NCBI GenBank assembly: GCA_943788915.1
Contig: CALSSD010000010.1
Location: 124,001 to 188,000 of the forward strand
Direction of reading: 5' to 3'
Source: an uncultured Acidimicrobiales bacterium
GTDB lineage: Bacteria; Actinomycetota; Acidimicrobiia; Acidimicrobiales; UBA10347
Length of the DNA: 64,000 bases
The notes under the pieces are model-generated. The model was not told the origin of the DNA and did not search any database. It saw nothing but the letters and a program-made list of their open reading frames with translations. Within the stretch, counting starts at the first letter, position 1. Each line of letters begins with the position of its first letter. Below are positions 28,812 through 38,253 of the stretch, piece by piece. Made by a program: the position numbers and the translations under genes.

Positions 28812-29765
28812 CTAAACCCTTTCGACAGTCTTGGTGCCGAAGAGGCCTTGTGGCTTGAACCACAACACGACCAACAGCAGGATTACGGGCATAAGGAGCG
28901 GAGCGGCCGTTAGGCTGCTTAAACGGTCGACGTCGGCTACGTAGCCGAGCACGACGCTATTCAGTAGGCCGACGGCAAAGCCGCCGAGAGCGGCACCGCC
29001 CACGCTGTCGAGGCCGCCGAAGGCAGCTGCCGCAAGGGAGTAAACCAGCACTGTCAGCATCATGTTGGGCTGTAGCGTGATTCGCGGTGCAACCAGGATT
29101 GCTCCGAGAGCGCCGAATGCGCAGGCCAGTCCCCAGCCGAAGCTGAGAATGCGGCCAACTCGGATACCCACGAGTCGTGACGACTCAGTATTTGAGGACA
29201 CGCCTCGGAACGCCAGCCCCATCTTGGTGCGGTTCAGAATGAAGTGCAGCGCTGTCAGCATGATGAGTAGCGCACCAATAAGGCCTACGGAGTCGTGCTG
29301 AATACGCAGACCGAGTCGATTGGTTTCACTGGTAAGGAACGAAGAACGTCCCTCGAACCAGCTTCCGATGAACGGGAGTTCGTATAAAAGGTTCGGGACA
29401 TCTCCTTGTGCTTGGTAGTTCCAAATGTCGCCAGCAAACGCGTTGACGATATAGAACACACCGAGTGTGATCAGCACAACCGGTAGGTGATCGGTTGGGT
29501 CGAACGAGCGCAACATTGTGCGCTCAATAGCCATGCCGAGTGCCGCTGCCAAGATCATGGCAAGAATTGTCGCCAGGATCACGTTCATGCTGAACGCTTG
29601 CACGGCAAACACAAACGCAAAGAAAGCGCCGATCATAGCCAACTCGCCTTGGGCGAAGTTGATCAGTGTGGTCGCTTTGAAGATGAGAACCATTGGAATG
29701 GCCACAGTAGAATAGATGGCACCGTTCTGAAGGCCATCAATAATTCGTTGAAGGAAGAGTGTCAT
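28812..29765 (-). CDS. Branched-chain amino acid ABC permease (LivH-like)
   Basis: GAIY, INFAQGE, GLAFRG, GGLDS, KPQGLFG. Confidence 0.9.
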   Translation of the reverse strand: MTLFLQRIIDGLQNGAIYSTVAIPMVLIFKATTLINFAQGELAMIGAFFAFVFAVQAFSMNVILATILAMILAAALGMAIERTMLRSFDPTDHLPVVLITLGVFYIVNAFAGDIWNYQAQGDVPNLLYELPFIGSWFEGRSSFLTSETNRLGLRIQHDSVGLIGALLIMLTALHFILNRTKMGLAFRGVSSNTESSRLVGIRVGRILSFGWGLACAFGALGAILVAPRITLQPNMMLTVLVYSLAAAAFGGLDSVGGAALGGFAVGLLNSVVLGYVADVDRLSSLTAAPLLMPVILLLVVLWFKPQGLFGTKTVERV

Positions 29766-29807
29766 GACTGCGCTGGGTGTCCTTTCATTGACCGGTATGA
29801 AGATTGG

Positions 29808-30527
29808 CTATGCACCGAGGTATGCCTCCTGCACTGCTGGATCGTCACGGAGTTGAGCGGCAGGGCCACTGAGCGCAATCGATCCGGTTTCAAGTACGTA
29901 CGCGCTCTGAGCAATGCTCAATGCGAGGTTGGCGTTCTGCTCAACGATGAGCATCGTGGTGCCTTCGTCCTCGTTGATCTGCTTGAAGGTGCCAAACAGA
30001 TCTTCGATGATGATGGGAGCCAGACCGAGTGACGGTTCGTCGAGGAGCAGAAGCTTCGGACGTGACATGAGTGCCCGTGAAACCGCGAGCATCTGCTGTT
30101 CGCCGCCGCTCAACGAGCCAGCAGCTTGGTCCTTACGTTCCTTAAGTACAGGGAACATTTGGAACCAGCGGTCGATGTCGTCGTCGACCTCGTTGTCCTT
30201 GCGGACATAGGCGCCAAGTTGCAGGTTCTCCAATGTGGAGAGTTCCGGGAAGGTGCCACGGCCCTGAGGCACGTGGGCCATACCCTGCGCCACGATGCCG
30301 CCAGTGTCAGCTTTGGAGATGTCTTGACCGGCGAACTTGACGGTGCCGGCGCAATCCACGACTGGCATATTGCAGATCGAGCGGAGAGTGGTGGTCTTGC
30401 CAGCGCCGTTCGCACCCAAAATGACACACACTTCGCCGGTCTTGACTTCGAGCTCGACGCCACGTAGAACATCGACCTGGCCATAACTAGCGGTGAGGTC
30501 TTTGACCTCAAGCATGATTTCGCTCAT
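29808..30527 (-). CDS. livF: ABC ATP-binding protein (LivF-like)
   Basis: GANGAGKTT, LSGGEQQML, LLDEPSLGLAP, VEQN. Confidence 0.92.
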   Translation of the reverse strand: MSEIMLEVKDLTASYGQVDVLRGVELEVKTGEVCVILGANGAGKTTTLRSICNMPVVDCAGTVKFAGQDISKADTGGIVAQGMAHVPQGRGTFPELSTLENLQLGAYVRKDNEVDDDIDRWFQMFPVLKERKDQAAGSLSGGEQQMLAVSRALMSRPKLLLLDEPSLGLAPIIIEDLFGTFKQINEDEGTTMLIVEQNANLALSIAQSAYVLETGSIALSGPAAQLRDDPAVQEAYLGA

Positions 30528-31288
30528 GCTGCCTCTCCTCCGAGATATGCGGCAATCACGGCTGGGTCATTACGCACGACCTGCGGATCACCTTCCTGAA
30601 TCTTCTTACCGAAGTTCATGACCACGATCTTCTCGCTGATGGCCATGACCATCCGCATGTGGTGCTCGACGAGCAGAACCGTCAGGTTGTACTTGTCGCG
30701 AATCGCCCGGATATCAGCGGCGAGTTCATCGACTTCGCTGTGGGTCAGACCGCTGGCTGGTTCGTCGAGCATCAGCAGCTTTGGATCCCCGATCAGGGCT
30801 CGAGCGAGTTCGATGCGCTTGAGCGTGCCGAACGGAAGGCCCGCAGCCGGGTGGAACGCATGCTGATGAAGGTTGAGTTCATAGAGCGCGGCGTAAGCCT
30901 TCTCTCGAAGCATCTCTTCTTCGGCCTTGTTGCCGAACTTGAATATCGACTTGATAAAACCAGCGTCGGTGTTTGCATGCCCACCAACCATGACGTTTTC
31001 AAGCACTGTCATACCTGGCCATAACGCCAGGTTCTGAAAGGTGCGATACACGCCCCGTTGGCTGATCTGGTGTGACTGAAGCGCCAGCAGATCCTCGCCA
31101 TCGAACGTGACAGACCCTTCAGCTGCATCGTAAATACGACTTACAACGTTAAACAGCGTGGTTTTACCCGCGCCGTTCGGACCGATTAGGCCACAAATTT
31201 GGCCCTCGTCGATCGTGAACGATAAGCCGTCTAACGCCACGATTCCGCCAAAGCGAACCGTGATGTCAGAGACATCGAGCATTGCCAT
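30524..31288 (-). CDS. livG: ABC ATP-binding protein (LivG-like)
   Basis: GPNGAGKTT, RTFQN, LDEPASG, VEHHM, VIAAYLG. Confidence 0.92.
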   Translation of the reverse strand: MAMLDVSDITVRFGGIVALDGLSFTIDEGQICGLIGPNGAGKTTLFNVVSRIYDAAEGSVTFDGEDLLALQSHQISQRGVYRTFQNLALWPGMTVLENVMVGGHANTDAGFIKSIFKFGNKAEEEMLREKAYAALYELNLHQHAFHPAAGLPFGTLKRIELARALIGDPKLLMLDEPASGLTHSEVDELAADIRAIRDKYNLTVLLVEHHMRMVMAISEKIVVMNFGKKIQEGDPQVVRNDPAVIAAYLGGEAA

Positions 31289-31485
31289 ATCCAAATCCCC
31301 CAAATGAACTTGTAACCCCTCGAACGACGTCTGGAGTCAGACGACGTTTTGACTTGCAGGAGGATAGGTCAAATCTCCGTCGCATTGTCAAAACGGATGG
31401 GGATCATCTTTGGATGGTCCTTACGTGAGGAGAAACAATGTCTTTGGAACGTTCGCTCAATAGTGCCTTCTAATAGCGTGGCAGA

Positions 31486-32172
31486 ATGATTGCGAGCCGA
31501 ACCGTTCTGGTTGTCGACGACGAACCAATGGTGCGCGAAGTGCTTGCTCACTATCTCACGCACGACGGTTTTACTGTCGTCGAGGCAGCCGATGGTGAGG
31601 AGGCTGTTGCCAAGCTCGATGCGTGTGCGCCCGACCTCGTACTACTCGATCTGATGCTTCCTAAGAAACACGGGCTCGAGGTGCTTCGTCATGCTCGAAG
31701 CACCAGCGACGTGCCGGTGATTCTGCTCACGGCACTCGGCGACGAGAAGGATCGGGTCGCAGGTCTCGAGCTCGGCGCCGACGACTACGTCGTCAAACCC
31801 TTTTCGCCACGTGAAGTCGCAGCCCGAGTCAAGTCGGTGCTGCGGCGTGCAAGCGGCCCGTCTGCCCCGGTCATCTTGAGCTTCGGTGAGGTCACGGTGG
31901 ATCTTGATCGGCGCCGTGTTGAACGAGCTGAAGCCGAGGTAGAGCTCACTCGGCTTGAGTTCGACCTGCTTGCATTTTTGGTGAGTCACCCGAACCGAGT
32001 CGTGTCCCGAGATGAGCTGCTGCAAAACGTGTGGGACTCGTCGGCCGAATGGCAAGACCCAGCGACCGTCACTGTGCATGTGCGGCGGCTCCGTCAGAAA
32101 CTCGAACACGATCCGTCGCAACCTGAGCACATCCTGACGGTCTATGGGGTCGGCTACCGGTTCGAGCTGTGA
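31486..32172 (+). CDS. OmpR-family response regulator
   Basis: VVDDE, LDLMLP, GADDYVVKPF, VTVHVRRLRQK, GVGYRF. Confidence 0.95.
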   Translation: MIASRTVLVVDDEPMVREVLAHYLTHDGFTVVEAADGEEAVAKLDACAPDLVLLDLMLPKKHGLEVLRHARSTSDVPVILLTALGDEKDRVAGLELGADDYVVKPFSPREVAARVKSVLRRASGPSAPVILSFGEVTVDLDRRRVERAEAEVELTRLEFDLLAFLVSHPNRVVSRDELLQNVWDSSAEWQDPATVTVHVRRLRQKLEHDPSQPEHILTVYGVGYRFEL

Positions 32173-33368
32173 AGCTCTTTCGCATCGCTGCGGCGTTCGG
32201 TGCCCTCATCGCTGCGGCCGCAGCGGCTGCGTTCATCGGTACCGAGTTCGTCATGGCCCCCTCGGGCGGCGAGCGCAACCGGCTGATCTCGATGTATACC
32301 GCAGTCGCTGCAGCCGTCTTTGTTGTCGGCCTCGCGCTGGTTGCGTTGACCCGACGGTCGTTGAACCAGCGGATCCTGGCGGTGAGTATCGCTGGGCCGT
32401 TGGTTGTTGGTCTGACCACGATCTGGGGGGCGTCGTCGATGTTTACCTCGTCGCACGACACCCAGTTCGTCATCATCTTGACTGCACTAGCCACAGCCCT
32501 TGCCGCTCTGCTCGTAAACCTGCTGAGCAGCCCGTTGTTGCGCGACCTGCGCCGTATCTCGGAAGCAGCCAAGATCGTGGGCGAAGGAGACTTGTCGGCG
32601 CGCACCGGTATTGATCGAAGCGACGAGCTCGGCGAACTTGGGTACACCTTTGACTCGATGGCTGAGAAGATCGAACAGGCTGCCACCGAACGTAAGCGGC
32701 TCGAAGGCGAACGGCAGTTCATGTTGTCGTCGCTCAGCCATGATGCTCGGACGCCGTTGACCGCAATGCGGGCTGCGGTCGAAGCGTTGCAGGACGGCAT
32801 GGCCCCAGACCCGGTCCGATACCTGGACTCGATCGAACACGATCTGCGCTCCATCGAGGCAATCGTCGAGAACCTGTTTGTGATCGGCAAACTCGACGCC
32901 GACCAACTCTCCCTCCATATCGAAGCACTTGATCTGGTCGAGGTCGCTGCGCTTTCCGTGATCGCCATAGAGCCGCTCGCGAAGAAACACGACGTGTCGG
33001 TGGTCGTCGAGGTCGACGGGCCAGTCCAGGTCAAGGCGGCCCGAGCCGAGACCGAACGCATGATCAACAACCTGTTGACCAACTCGATCCGTCACTCACC
33101 ACCCGGAGGCACGGTCCGGGTGATCATCGAGGCAGATCCCCTTCCGACCTTGTCGGTTTGCGACGACGGTCCCGGTTTTCCCGAGGAGTTCGTTGACAAG
33201 GCGTTTGATCAATTTGAGCGGGCAGACGTGGCGCGGACTCGAGCGCACGGTGGCGCTGGTCTTGGACTAGCTGTGGTGCGCGGGCTGGCCGAGGCGCAAG
33301 GTGGTCGGGTGTGGGCGAAGCCTGGGCCTGGTGGTCGAGTGACGTTTGAGTTGCCGGCTGGTGTTTAG
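32169..33368 (+). CDS. HAMP-domain sensor histidine kinase
   Basis: Four TM segments, DELGEL, SHDARTPL, NLLTNSIRH, DDGPG, GAGLGL. Confidence 0.93.
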   Translation: MKLFRIAAAFGALIAAAAAAAFIGTEFVMAPSGGERNRLISMYTAVAAAVFVVGLALVALTRRSLNQRILAVSIAGPLVVGLTTIWGASSMFTSSHDTQFVIILTALATALAALLVNLLSSPLLRDLRRISEAAKIVGEGDLSARTGIDRSDELGELGYTFDSMAEKIEQAATERKRLEGERQFMLSSLSHDARTPLTAMRAAVEALQDGMAPDPVRYLDSIEHDLRSIEAIVENLFVIGKLDADQLSLHIEALDLVEVAALSVIAIEPLAKKHDVSVVVEVDGPVQVKAARAETERMINNLLTNSIRHSPPGGTVRVIIEADPLPTLSVCDDGPGFPEEFVDKAFDQFERADVARTRAHGGAGLGLAVVRGLAEAQGGRVWAKPGPGGRVTFELPAGV

Positions 33369-33380
33369 TCAGTTCTTTTG

Positions 33381-33822
33381 ACCGGTCCAGGTGGGTTGGG
33401 CGCCGCCCTTCACCGCGCCTTCGCCGGCGCTCGCTCTCTGTTCGTGACAGCTCCGAGGTGGGCGCTTCGCTGCTCAGATGCGGCTGCGAGCAGCACCCGA
33501 CCCACCTTCCCCTGCCTGGCGGGGACCCCGAGGGTTTTGTGTGGGGCGCTCGCAGGACTCGCTTGACTGCAGCAGGTCGTAGGGCGGGCCTCGTTCGGTG
33601 GTGGCTCCACGCTCGGTGAAGCCCAGCCGACTCTCGCCATGGGTCCAGCCACCACCAAGCGAGCCCTGCGAGCGCCCCAAAAACCACCAACAACCTGCGG
33701 GGCAGGTAGGTAGGGCCGGGAGGGTGTGGGGTCTGTTTGGAGGGAGCCTCTGAGCAGGGCGCCCCAGCGCCCGTCAGCGAAGCAGCGAGTGGAGAACAGG
33801 CACCGGACCCGAGAGGACCGGT
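33381..33822. repeat. Long imperfect nested inverted repeat between convergent genes
   Basis: 33543-33565/33656-33678 (22 of 23 match), 33470-33478/33749-33757, ACCGGTCC/GGACCGGT ends. Confidence 0.7.
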
Positions 33823-33864
33823 GAGATAAAGGTAAACCTCAAACGAGACACAAGCCCCGCAGGT

Positions 33865-35646
33865 TCACCACTCGCTGCAGGTGCACTCGACTGTTTGGTC
33901 CATGGCCTGCCACTTGAACTTGACGGGTGCGGACAGGGTGCCGCAGCCGGTGCATTCGACTGCGAAACCTGCGGTGAGGGTCACGACGCGAACCGGTGAC
34001 TCGCCGGTGGAGAGGCGCTTCTTCTTGGCCTTTGGTTTCGCGAGCTCTGGCATGGGGAGCTTTTCGATTTCCAGGTACACCGGCGCGTCTTCAGGTTTTT
34101 CCTGCGGGGTGTCTGGCACGCGTTCGCCAACCCAGGTGTGCAGCCACGAGTGTTCGGTCCACATCAGGTAGTTGAGCCGGGCATACATGGCTTCGGTGCC
34201 GATGTCTCGCTCAAGATCCCGGGCCACGTTGCTATCGCCATCGTCGCCTTTGATGATGTCCCAACGGTCGCTCTCGACCGTCATGATCCTGGTCGAGTTC
34301 ACGCGGATTGGGTCGACCACGTTGGCCGGTCCGTTCCAATCGAGGAACGACTCGACCCGATGAAGGTCAGCGACGCCAAACACCTGGATGCGGTCAGAGA
34401 TCGCCTCGATCTCGTCGAGGAAGCCATCGCGATCATCTGTGGCGGTCGGGTCCTCGAGGGTGTCTGCGGCGAACAAGATGACAAAGCGAGCGCCTGTGCC
34501 CGCCTCTTTGCGGCGTAGTACGCGGCCCATTCGTTGGATCATCTGGCGTCGGGTGCGGCTGGCGCTGACCACCACGCCGAGGTTGGCGTTTGGGACGTCG
34601 ACGCCTTCGTCGAGCACCCGAGGCGCGGCCACGGCATCGAGATTGCCGGTACGTAGTCGATCGAGAATACTTTCGCGGGCTGCACGGGCGGTGTCGCCAG
34701 TAATGATCTCGATGTCGAGTTCGGTGTCTAGCCGATTGATTGCGTGATTGGCGGCCTTCACGGTTTCGGTGAAGACAAGTGCGCCGTCGGCATCGCGGAT
34801 GGTGGGAGCAAGGACGGTGAGTGCCTGATATTTTGCGGTGGAGTTGGCCACGATCTCGCGGCGTTTGCCGAGAGCATCAAGGTATTCCCGTGCCGCTCGG
34901 CCGTGTTCGCCAGCGTCCTTGTCAGCTAGATGCGCGACCGCAGACAGGAAGTCGCTGAAGTTCATTGGCATCTTGGGGATCGCGCGGAGTACCTGGCGGG
35001 CATCGACGAGCTGTTGCTCGGTTGCGACGTATTCGGCCCGCTCCTTGGTTTCGAGCGGCACGGAGACAAACGCAACCCGAGGCTGGGCGCAGACGCCATC
35101 TTCGATCGCAGCGGCAAAGTCGTAACGGAAACACACACCACCGAAATACGGCAGGATCACCCGTTCGATGGCGTTATCGCTGCGTTCGAGTGTTGCGGTC
35201 AGGCCAAGTCGTTCGTTGTAGTCGCCGATGAGGGCTTTACGTAGCACGCCGCCGCCGAAGCCGTGGCACTCGTCGGCAATGAGTAGGCCGCCTTTGCCTT
35301 CTTCGGGGACCGGACGTTGGCTCGCCGCCGAGTGGCGCGTTGCCACCAGGACATCGCACTGATCTGGCTGGTCGCGTTTACTGTCGCCCAGCCGACCGAT
35401 TTTGAGATCAGGAAACGCGGTGACCAGGCGTTCGTGCCATTGAGCAATGAGTACTCGGGTCGGGACCACAACCATCACAAACAGACCACGGCGATGGGCG
35501 TCGGCGATAGCTGCCAATGCCATGTCGGTCTTGCCTGATCCGGTGACAGCTTCGACAACACCTCGACGGCCACAGGCCAGCCATGCGGTCAATGCATCGA
35601 GCTGCCACTCGTAGAGATACCGATCTGGACGTTCGTGTTGAGTCAC
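33865..35646 (-). CDS. SF2 DEAD/DEAH-box helicase (XPB/Rad25-like) with C-terminal Cys cluster
   Basis: TGSGKT, DECH, GLTAT, DEGVDVP, QRMGRVLR; CTGC...CTC. Confidence 0.88.
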   Translation of the reverse strand: MTQHERPDRYLYEWQLDALTAWLACGRRGVVEAVTGSGKTDMALAAIADAHRRGLFVMVVVPTRVLIAQWHERLVTAFPDLKIGRLGDSKRDQPDQCDVLVATRHSAASQRPVPEEGKGGLLIADECHGFGGGVLRKALIGDYNERLGLTATLERSDNAIERVILPYFGGVCFRYDFAAAIEDGVCAQPRVAFVSVPLETKERAEYVATEQQLVDARQVLRAIPKMPMNFSDFLSAVAHLADKDAGEHGRAAREYLDALGKRREIVANSTAKYQALTVLAPTIRDADGALVFTETVKAANHAINRLDTELDIEIITGDTARAARESILDRLRTGNLDAVAAPRVLDEGVDVPNANLGVVVSASRTRRQMIQRMGRVLRRKEAGTGARFVILFAADTLEDPTATDDRDGFLDEIEAISDRIQVFGVADLHRVESFLDWNGPANVVDPIRVNSTRIMTVESDRWDIIKGDDGDSNVARDLERDIGTEAMYARLNYLMWTEHSWLHTWVGERVPDTPQEKPEDAPVYLEIEKLPMPELAKPKAKKKRLSTGESPVRVVTLTAGFAVECTGCGTLSAPVKFKWQAMDQTVECTCSEW

Positions 35647-35772
35647 ATAACCTCGTTCGCGTGACCGGAAATGATATCGCCGGAATACGCCGTCTCGTTC
35701 AGGTGGCCCGAATGGACCCCAAACCTGGCGCGCGCCGACGTTGCCGATGCTGGGGCCCCTACGGTTGCGTCG

Positions 35773-36966
35773 ATGCGCACATTCGGAGCCTTCGTCACGG
35801 TGGCACTGTTGCTGCTGGGGTGTGGCGCACCGTCCGGCGCGGCCGGTGGTGAGCGAAGTAGCGGAGTCCGCTCTGAAGCTTCACCATCGCCGACGGCGGC
35901 TCTCACGGTAGGGCCAGAACCGATATCGACCGCAGTGGTTGTTGTGATTCCAACCGCCGAACTGGAGTCCCTTGAGCTGTCGCCGACGCCGACGCCAGTG
36001 CGTGATCCGACTCCGCCCCCGGTGAGCGAGTCCGCCGCTGCCCTGACTCCGCCCCCAACCGTGACCCCGGAGCCGGATGATGTACGCCTTTCTGATGAGA
36101 CACCGACCGGCGACACAAGGCCGGATCTACCCCCTTCGGATTACCGAGGTGATGTTCGGGCATTACGGACACAGAACGGAGTGATGCTTCCTATTCGTGG
36201 TGTCACGGCCGACAAGTATCTGGTTGTGACGCCGTGTTACAACCTGGATTCCGTCACTGGTGGACTACCGATTTCCGGCGCTCTCGACGTAGTGATCGAT
36301 CCTGGTCATGGTGGTGATGAGCCGGGTGCCGTCGGCCCCAACGGGTTGAAGGAATCAACCGTGAACCTGCGAGTGGCCGAGCTGCTGCGCGCCGAGCTGA
36401 TGGATCGGGGGTACTCCGTCGAGTTGACTCGGTACAGCGATCATCGTGTAACGATCCAGTCGAGAGCCGAGCTGGCCAACGCGCTCGCACCCCGGGTGTT
36501 TATGTCGATCCACCACAATGGCGGGTTTCCGGAACCGTTCCCGGTTGCGGGTACCGAGGTCTTTGTGCAGTTGGGTGATCCTGAGTCGTCGCGGCTCGGG
36601 GGCATCGTGTTCGAGGAAATCCAGTCAGCCTTCGCTGATGTCGAAGCCGACTGGATGGGCAACGTGGAGACGTTTGGTGTGGCTTGGCGCCAGAACGACG
36701 AGGGCACCGATCTGTACGGGGTCCTGCGCCGCACGCCTGATCTGGTCTCGATTCTGACCGAAGCCATGTTCATCACGACGGCGGCCGAGGCCGATTTGTT
36801 AGCCATGCCGGACATCCTTGAGACCGAAGCAATCGCTCTGGCAGACTCGCTCGATCGTTGGTTCGATACCGATGACCTGGGCAGCGGTTTCGTCGACGGC
36901 GTGGTCTTCGAGGGAGACCTCGGGAACGGAGGCGGCACCGAGGGATGTATCGACCCGCCGCTCTAA
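35773..36966 (+). CDS. N-acetylmuramoyl-L-alanine amidase lipoprotein
   Basis: Lipobox LLGC; IDPGHGG, LKE..NL, SIHHN, LTE. Confidence 0.88.
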   Translation: MRTFGAFVTVALLLLGCGAPSGAAGGERSSGVRSEASPSPTAALTVGPEPISTAVVVVIPTAELESLELSPTPTPVRDPTPPPVSESAAALTPPPTVTPEPDDVRLSDETPTGDTRPDLPPSDYRGDVRALRTQNGVMLPIRGVTADKYLVVTPCYNLDSVTGGLPISGALDVVIDPGHGGDEPGAVGPNGLKESTVNLRVAELLRAELMDRGYSVELTRYSDHRVTIQSRAELANALAPRVFMSIHHNGGFPEPFPVAGTEVFVQLGDPESSRLGGIVFEEIQSAFADVEADWMGNVETFGVAWRQNDEGTDLYGVLRRTPDLVSILTEAMFITTAAEADLLAMPDILETEAIALADSLDRWFDTDDLGSGFVDGVVFEGDLGNGGGTEGCIDPPL

Positions 36967-36983
36967 GGGTGAGCGTCGGTGGT

Positions 36984-37424
36984 TCAGGCTGGGAGACTGG
37001 TTGCTAAGCGGCCCATTACGATCCGGCTATCGGTCTGTTTGACACCGGCATCACGGCGCATGATGGCGAGGAGATCTTCGAGGTCCTCCGGCGAGGCAAC
37101 GCGCACTTGTAACCGATAGTCGACCGGACCCGTGATGTGAATGGCATCAACGATGCGATCGTCGGAACCGACGAGCTCGATGAACGAGGTGTCGTTTGGC
37201 CGATGTTCAAGCCAAACATCCATGGTCACTTCGAGCGGCCTGCCCAGTCGGGCATGGTCGACAGCTGCATGTACGCCGGTGACGATGCCCCGTTCGACCA
37301 GCCGTGCGAGGCGGGCTCCAGCTGCATTTGGGCTCAACCCGGCTGCTCGCCCTAGTTCGCGGTGTGTTGCTCGGCCGTCTCGAGCGAGATGCCGTAGGAT
37401 TAGTTCGTCAATAGTGTCGATCAC
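36984..37424 (-). CDS. Lrp/AsnC family transcriptional regulator
   Basis: D..IL..L..DGR..HTH, HITGPVDY. Confidence 0.9.
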   Translation of the reverse strand: MIDTIDELILRHLARDGRATHRELGRAAGLSPNAAGARLARLVERGIVTGVHAAVDHARLGRPLEVTMDVWLEHRPNDTSFIELVGSDDRIVDAIHITGPVDYRLQVRVASPEDLEDLLAIMRRDAGVKQTDSRIVMGRLATSLPA

Positions 37425-37504
37425 GGTGATTTCCTCTGTTGGGTTACCACGTTACCGACTAATTCCGTGCCAAATACCGTCTTTGTCCGCGCAAACTAAA
37501 GGGC

Positions 37505-37672
37505 ATGACTACTCAACAGAACCAGACGTTCCGTGCCTTGTTGCAGTCGTGGAACATCCACCAAGACTTGCACGCGCCGCTCGGGTGCCCATTGCTGAAC
37601 TTGCCGCTATCGCGAGCAGCGCTCGACAGTGCTCGCCTGCAAGCTGCTCGTCAGTTCAAAACCGCGGCCTGA
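37505..37672 (+). CDS. Small hypothetical protein (55 aa), divergent from Lrp/AsnC gene
   Basis: MTTQQNQTFRALLQSWNIHQDL...SRAALDSARLQAARQFKTAA; below ORF-track cutoff; purine-rich upstream. Confidence 0.5.
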   Translation: MTTQQNQTFRALLQSWNIHQDLHAPLGCPLLNLPLSRAALDSARLQAARQFKTAA

Positions 37673-37755
37673 AAACCGCCGGCCTGAAGAGGGCGGGCTG
37701 AAAGCCGGTCAGCGATCCCGGGCGTCGGCATCGCCGGCCGGTCTAACGGAATTCT

Positions 37756-38225
37756 TTAACGGACTTCGGCCGCAGCTGTTTCGTCGGCGACTTGCCACAG
37801 TCCTTGACCGAGCTTCTCGGCTCGACCGGAACGTTTGAGGCCGCTGAGCGTGAGGCTGATGTCGTCGATGCTGTCAAATCGATCGCCGTCGACAAGCTGT
37901 TCATGAATCATGTTGCGGTCCGCTGGACCGGGCAGGCTGCGCATAACCGTCAACACGGCATCGCTCCGAGACATCAGGCTGAGATCTGGCCCGGCTGCTG
38001 CTGTGAGCCCGATTGCGGCGAAGATCGGAACGACGTCTGCGTTGGGTTCGTGGGCGGCCGACAGGCCCTTGGCGTTTGGCGTAGGACTTCAGGCCGACAA
38101 TCTCGACTCCGAATCCTCTTGGCATCTTGCTCGAGCGCCGCCAGCAGCTCTCGCGTGTTCCGCAGCTCATCGAGCGTGGTCGCCAAGTCAGACTCGGCGT
38201 GCTCGATTGCTTCCAATACATCCAT
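37756..38225 (-). CDS. Coiled-coil plus winged-helix DNA-binding protein, split by two +1 frameshifts
   Basis: Reconstructed over shifts at ~38114 and ~38067: MDVLEAIEHAESDLATTLDELR...GVEIVGLKSYAKRQG...SRSDAVLTVM...ISLTLSGLKRSGRAEKLGQGLW. Confidence 0.6.
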
Positions 38226-38253
38226 GCGTGACCTGCGTAAGTCGGTGTCGTTG

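Noticed and set aside
33865..35646. Restriction/defence system
   Set aside because: Lone helicase with no adjacent methyltransferase, nuclease or other defence gene.
35710..35745. Fourth ECF promoter upstream of the amidase
   Set aside because: GGACCCCA...CGTT does not match the box sequence or the 16-nt spacing.
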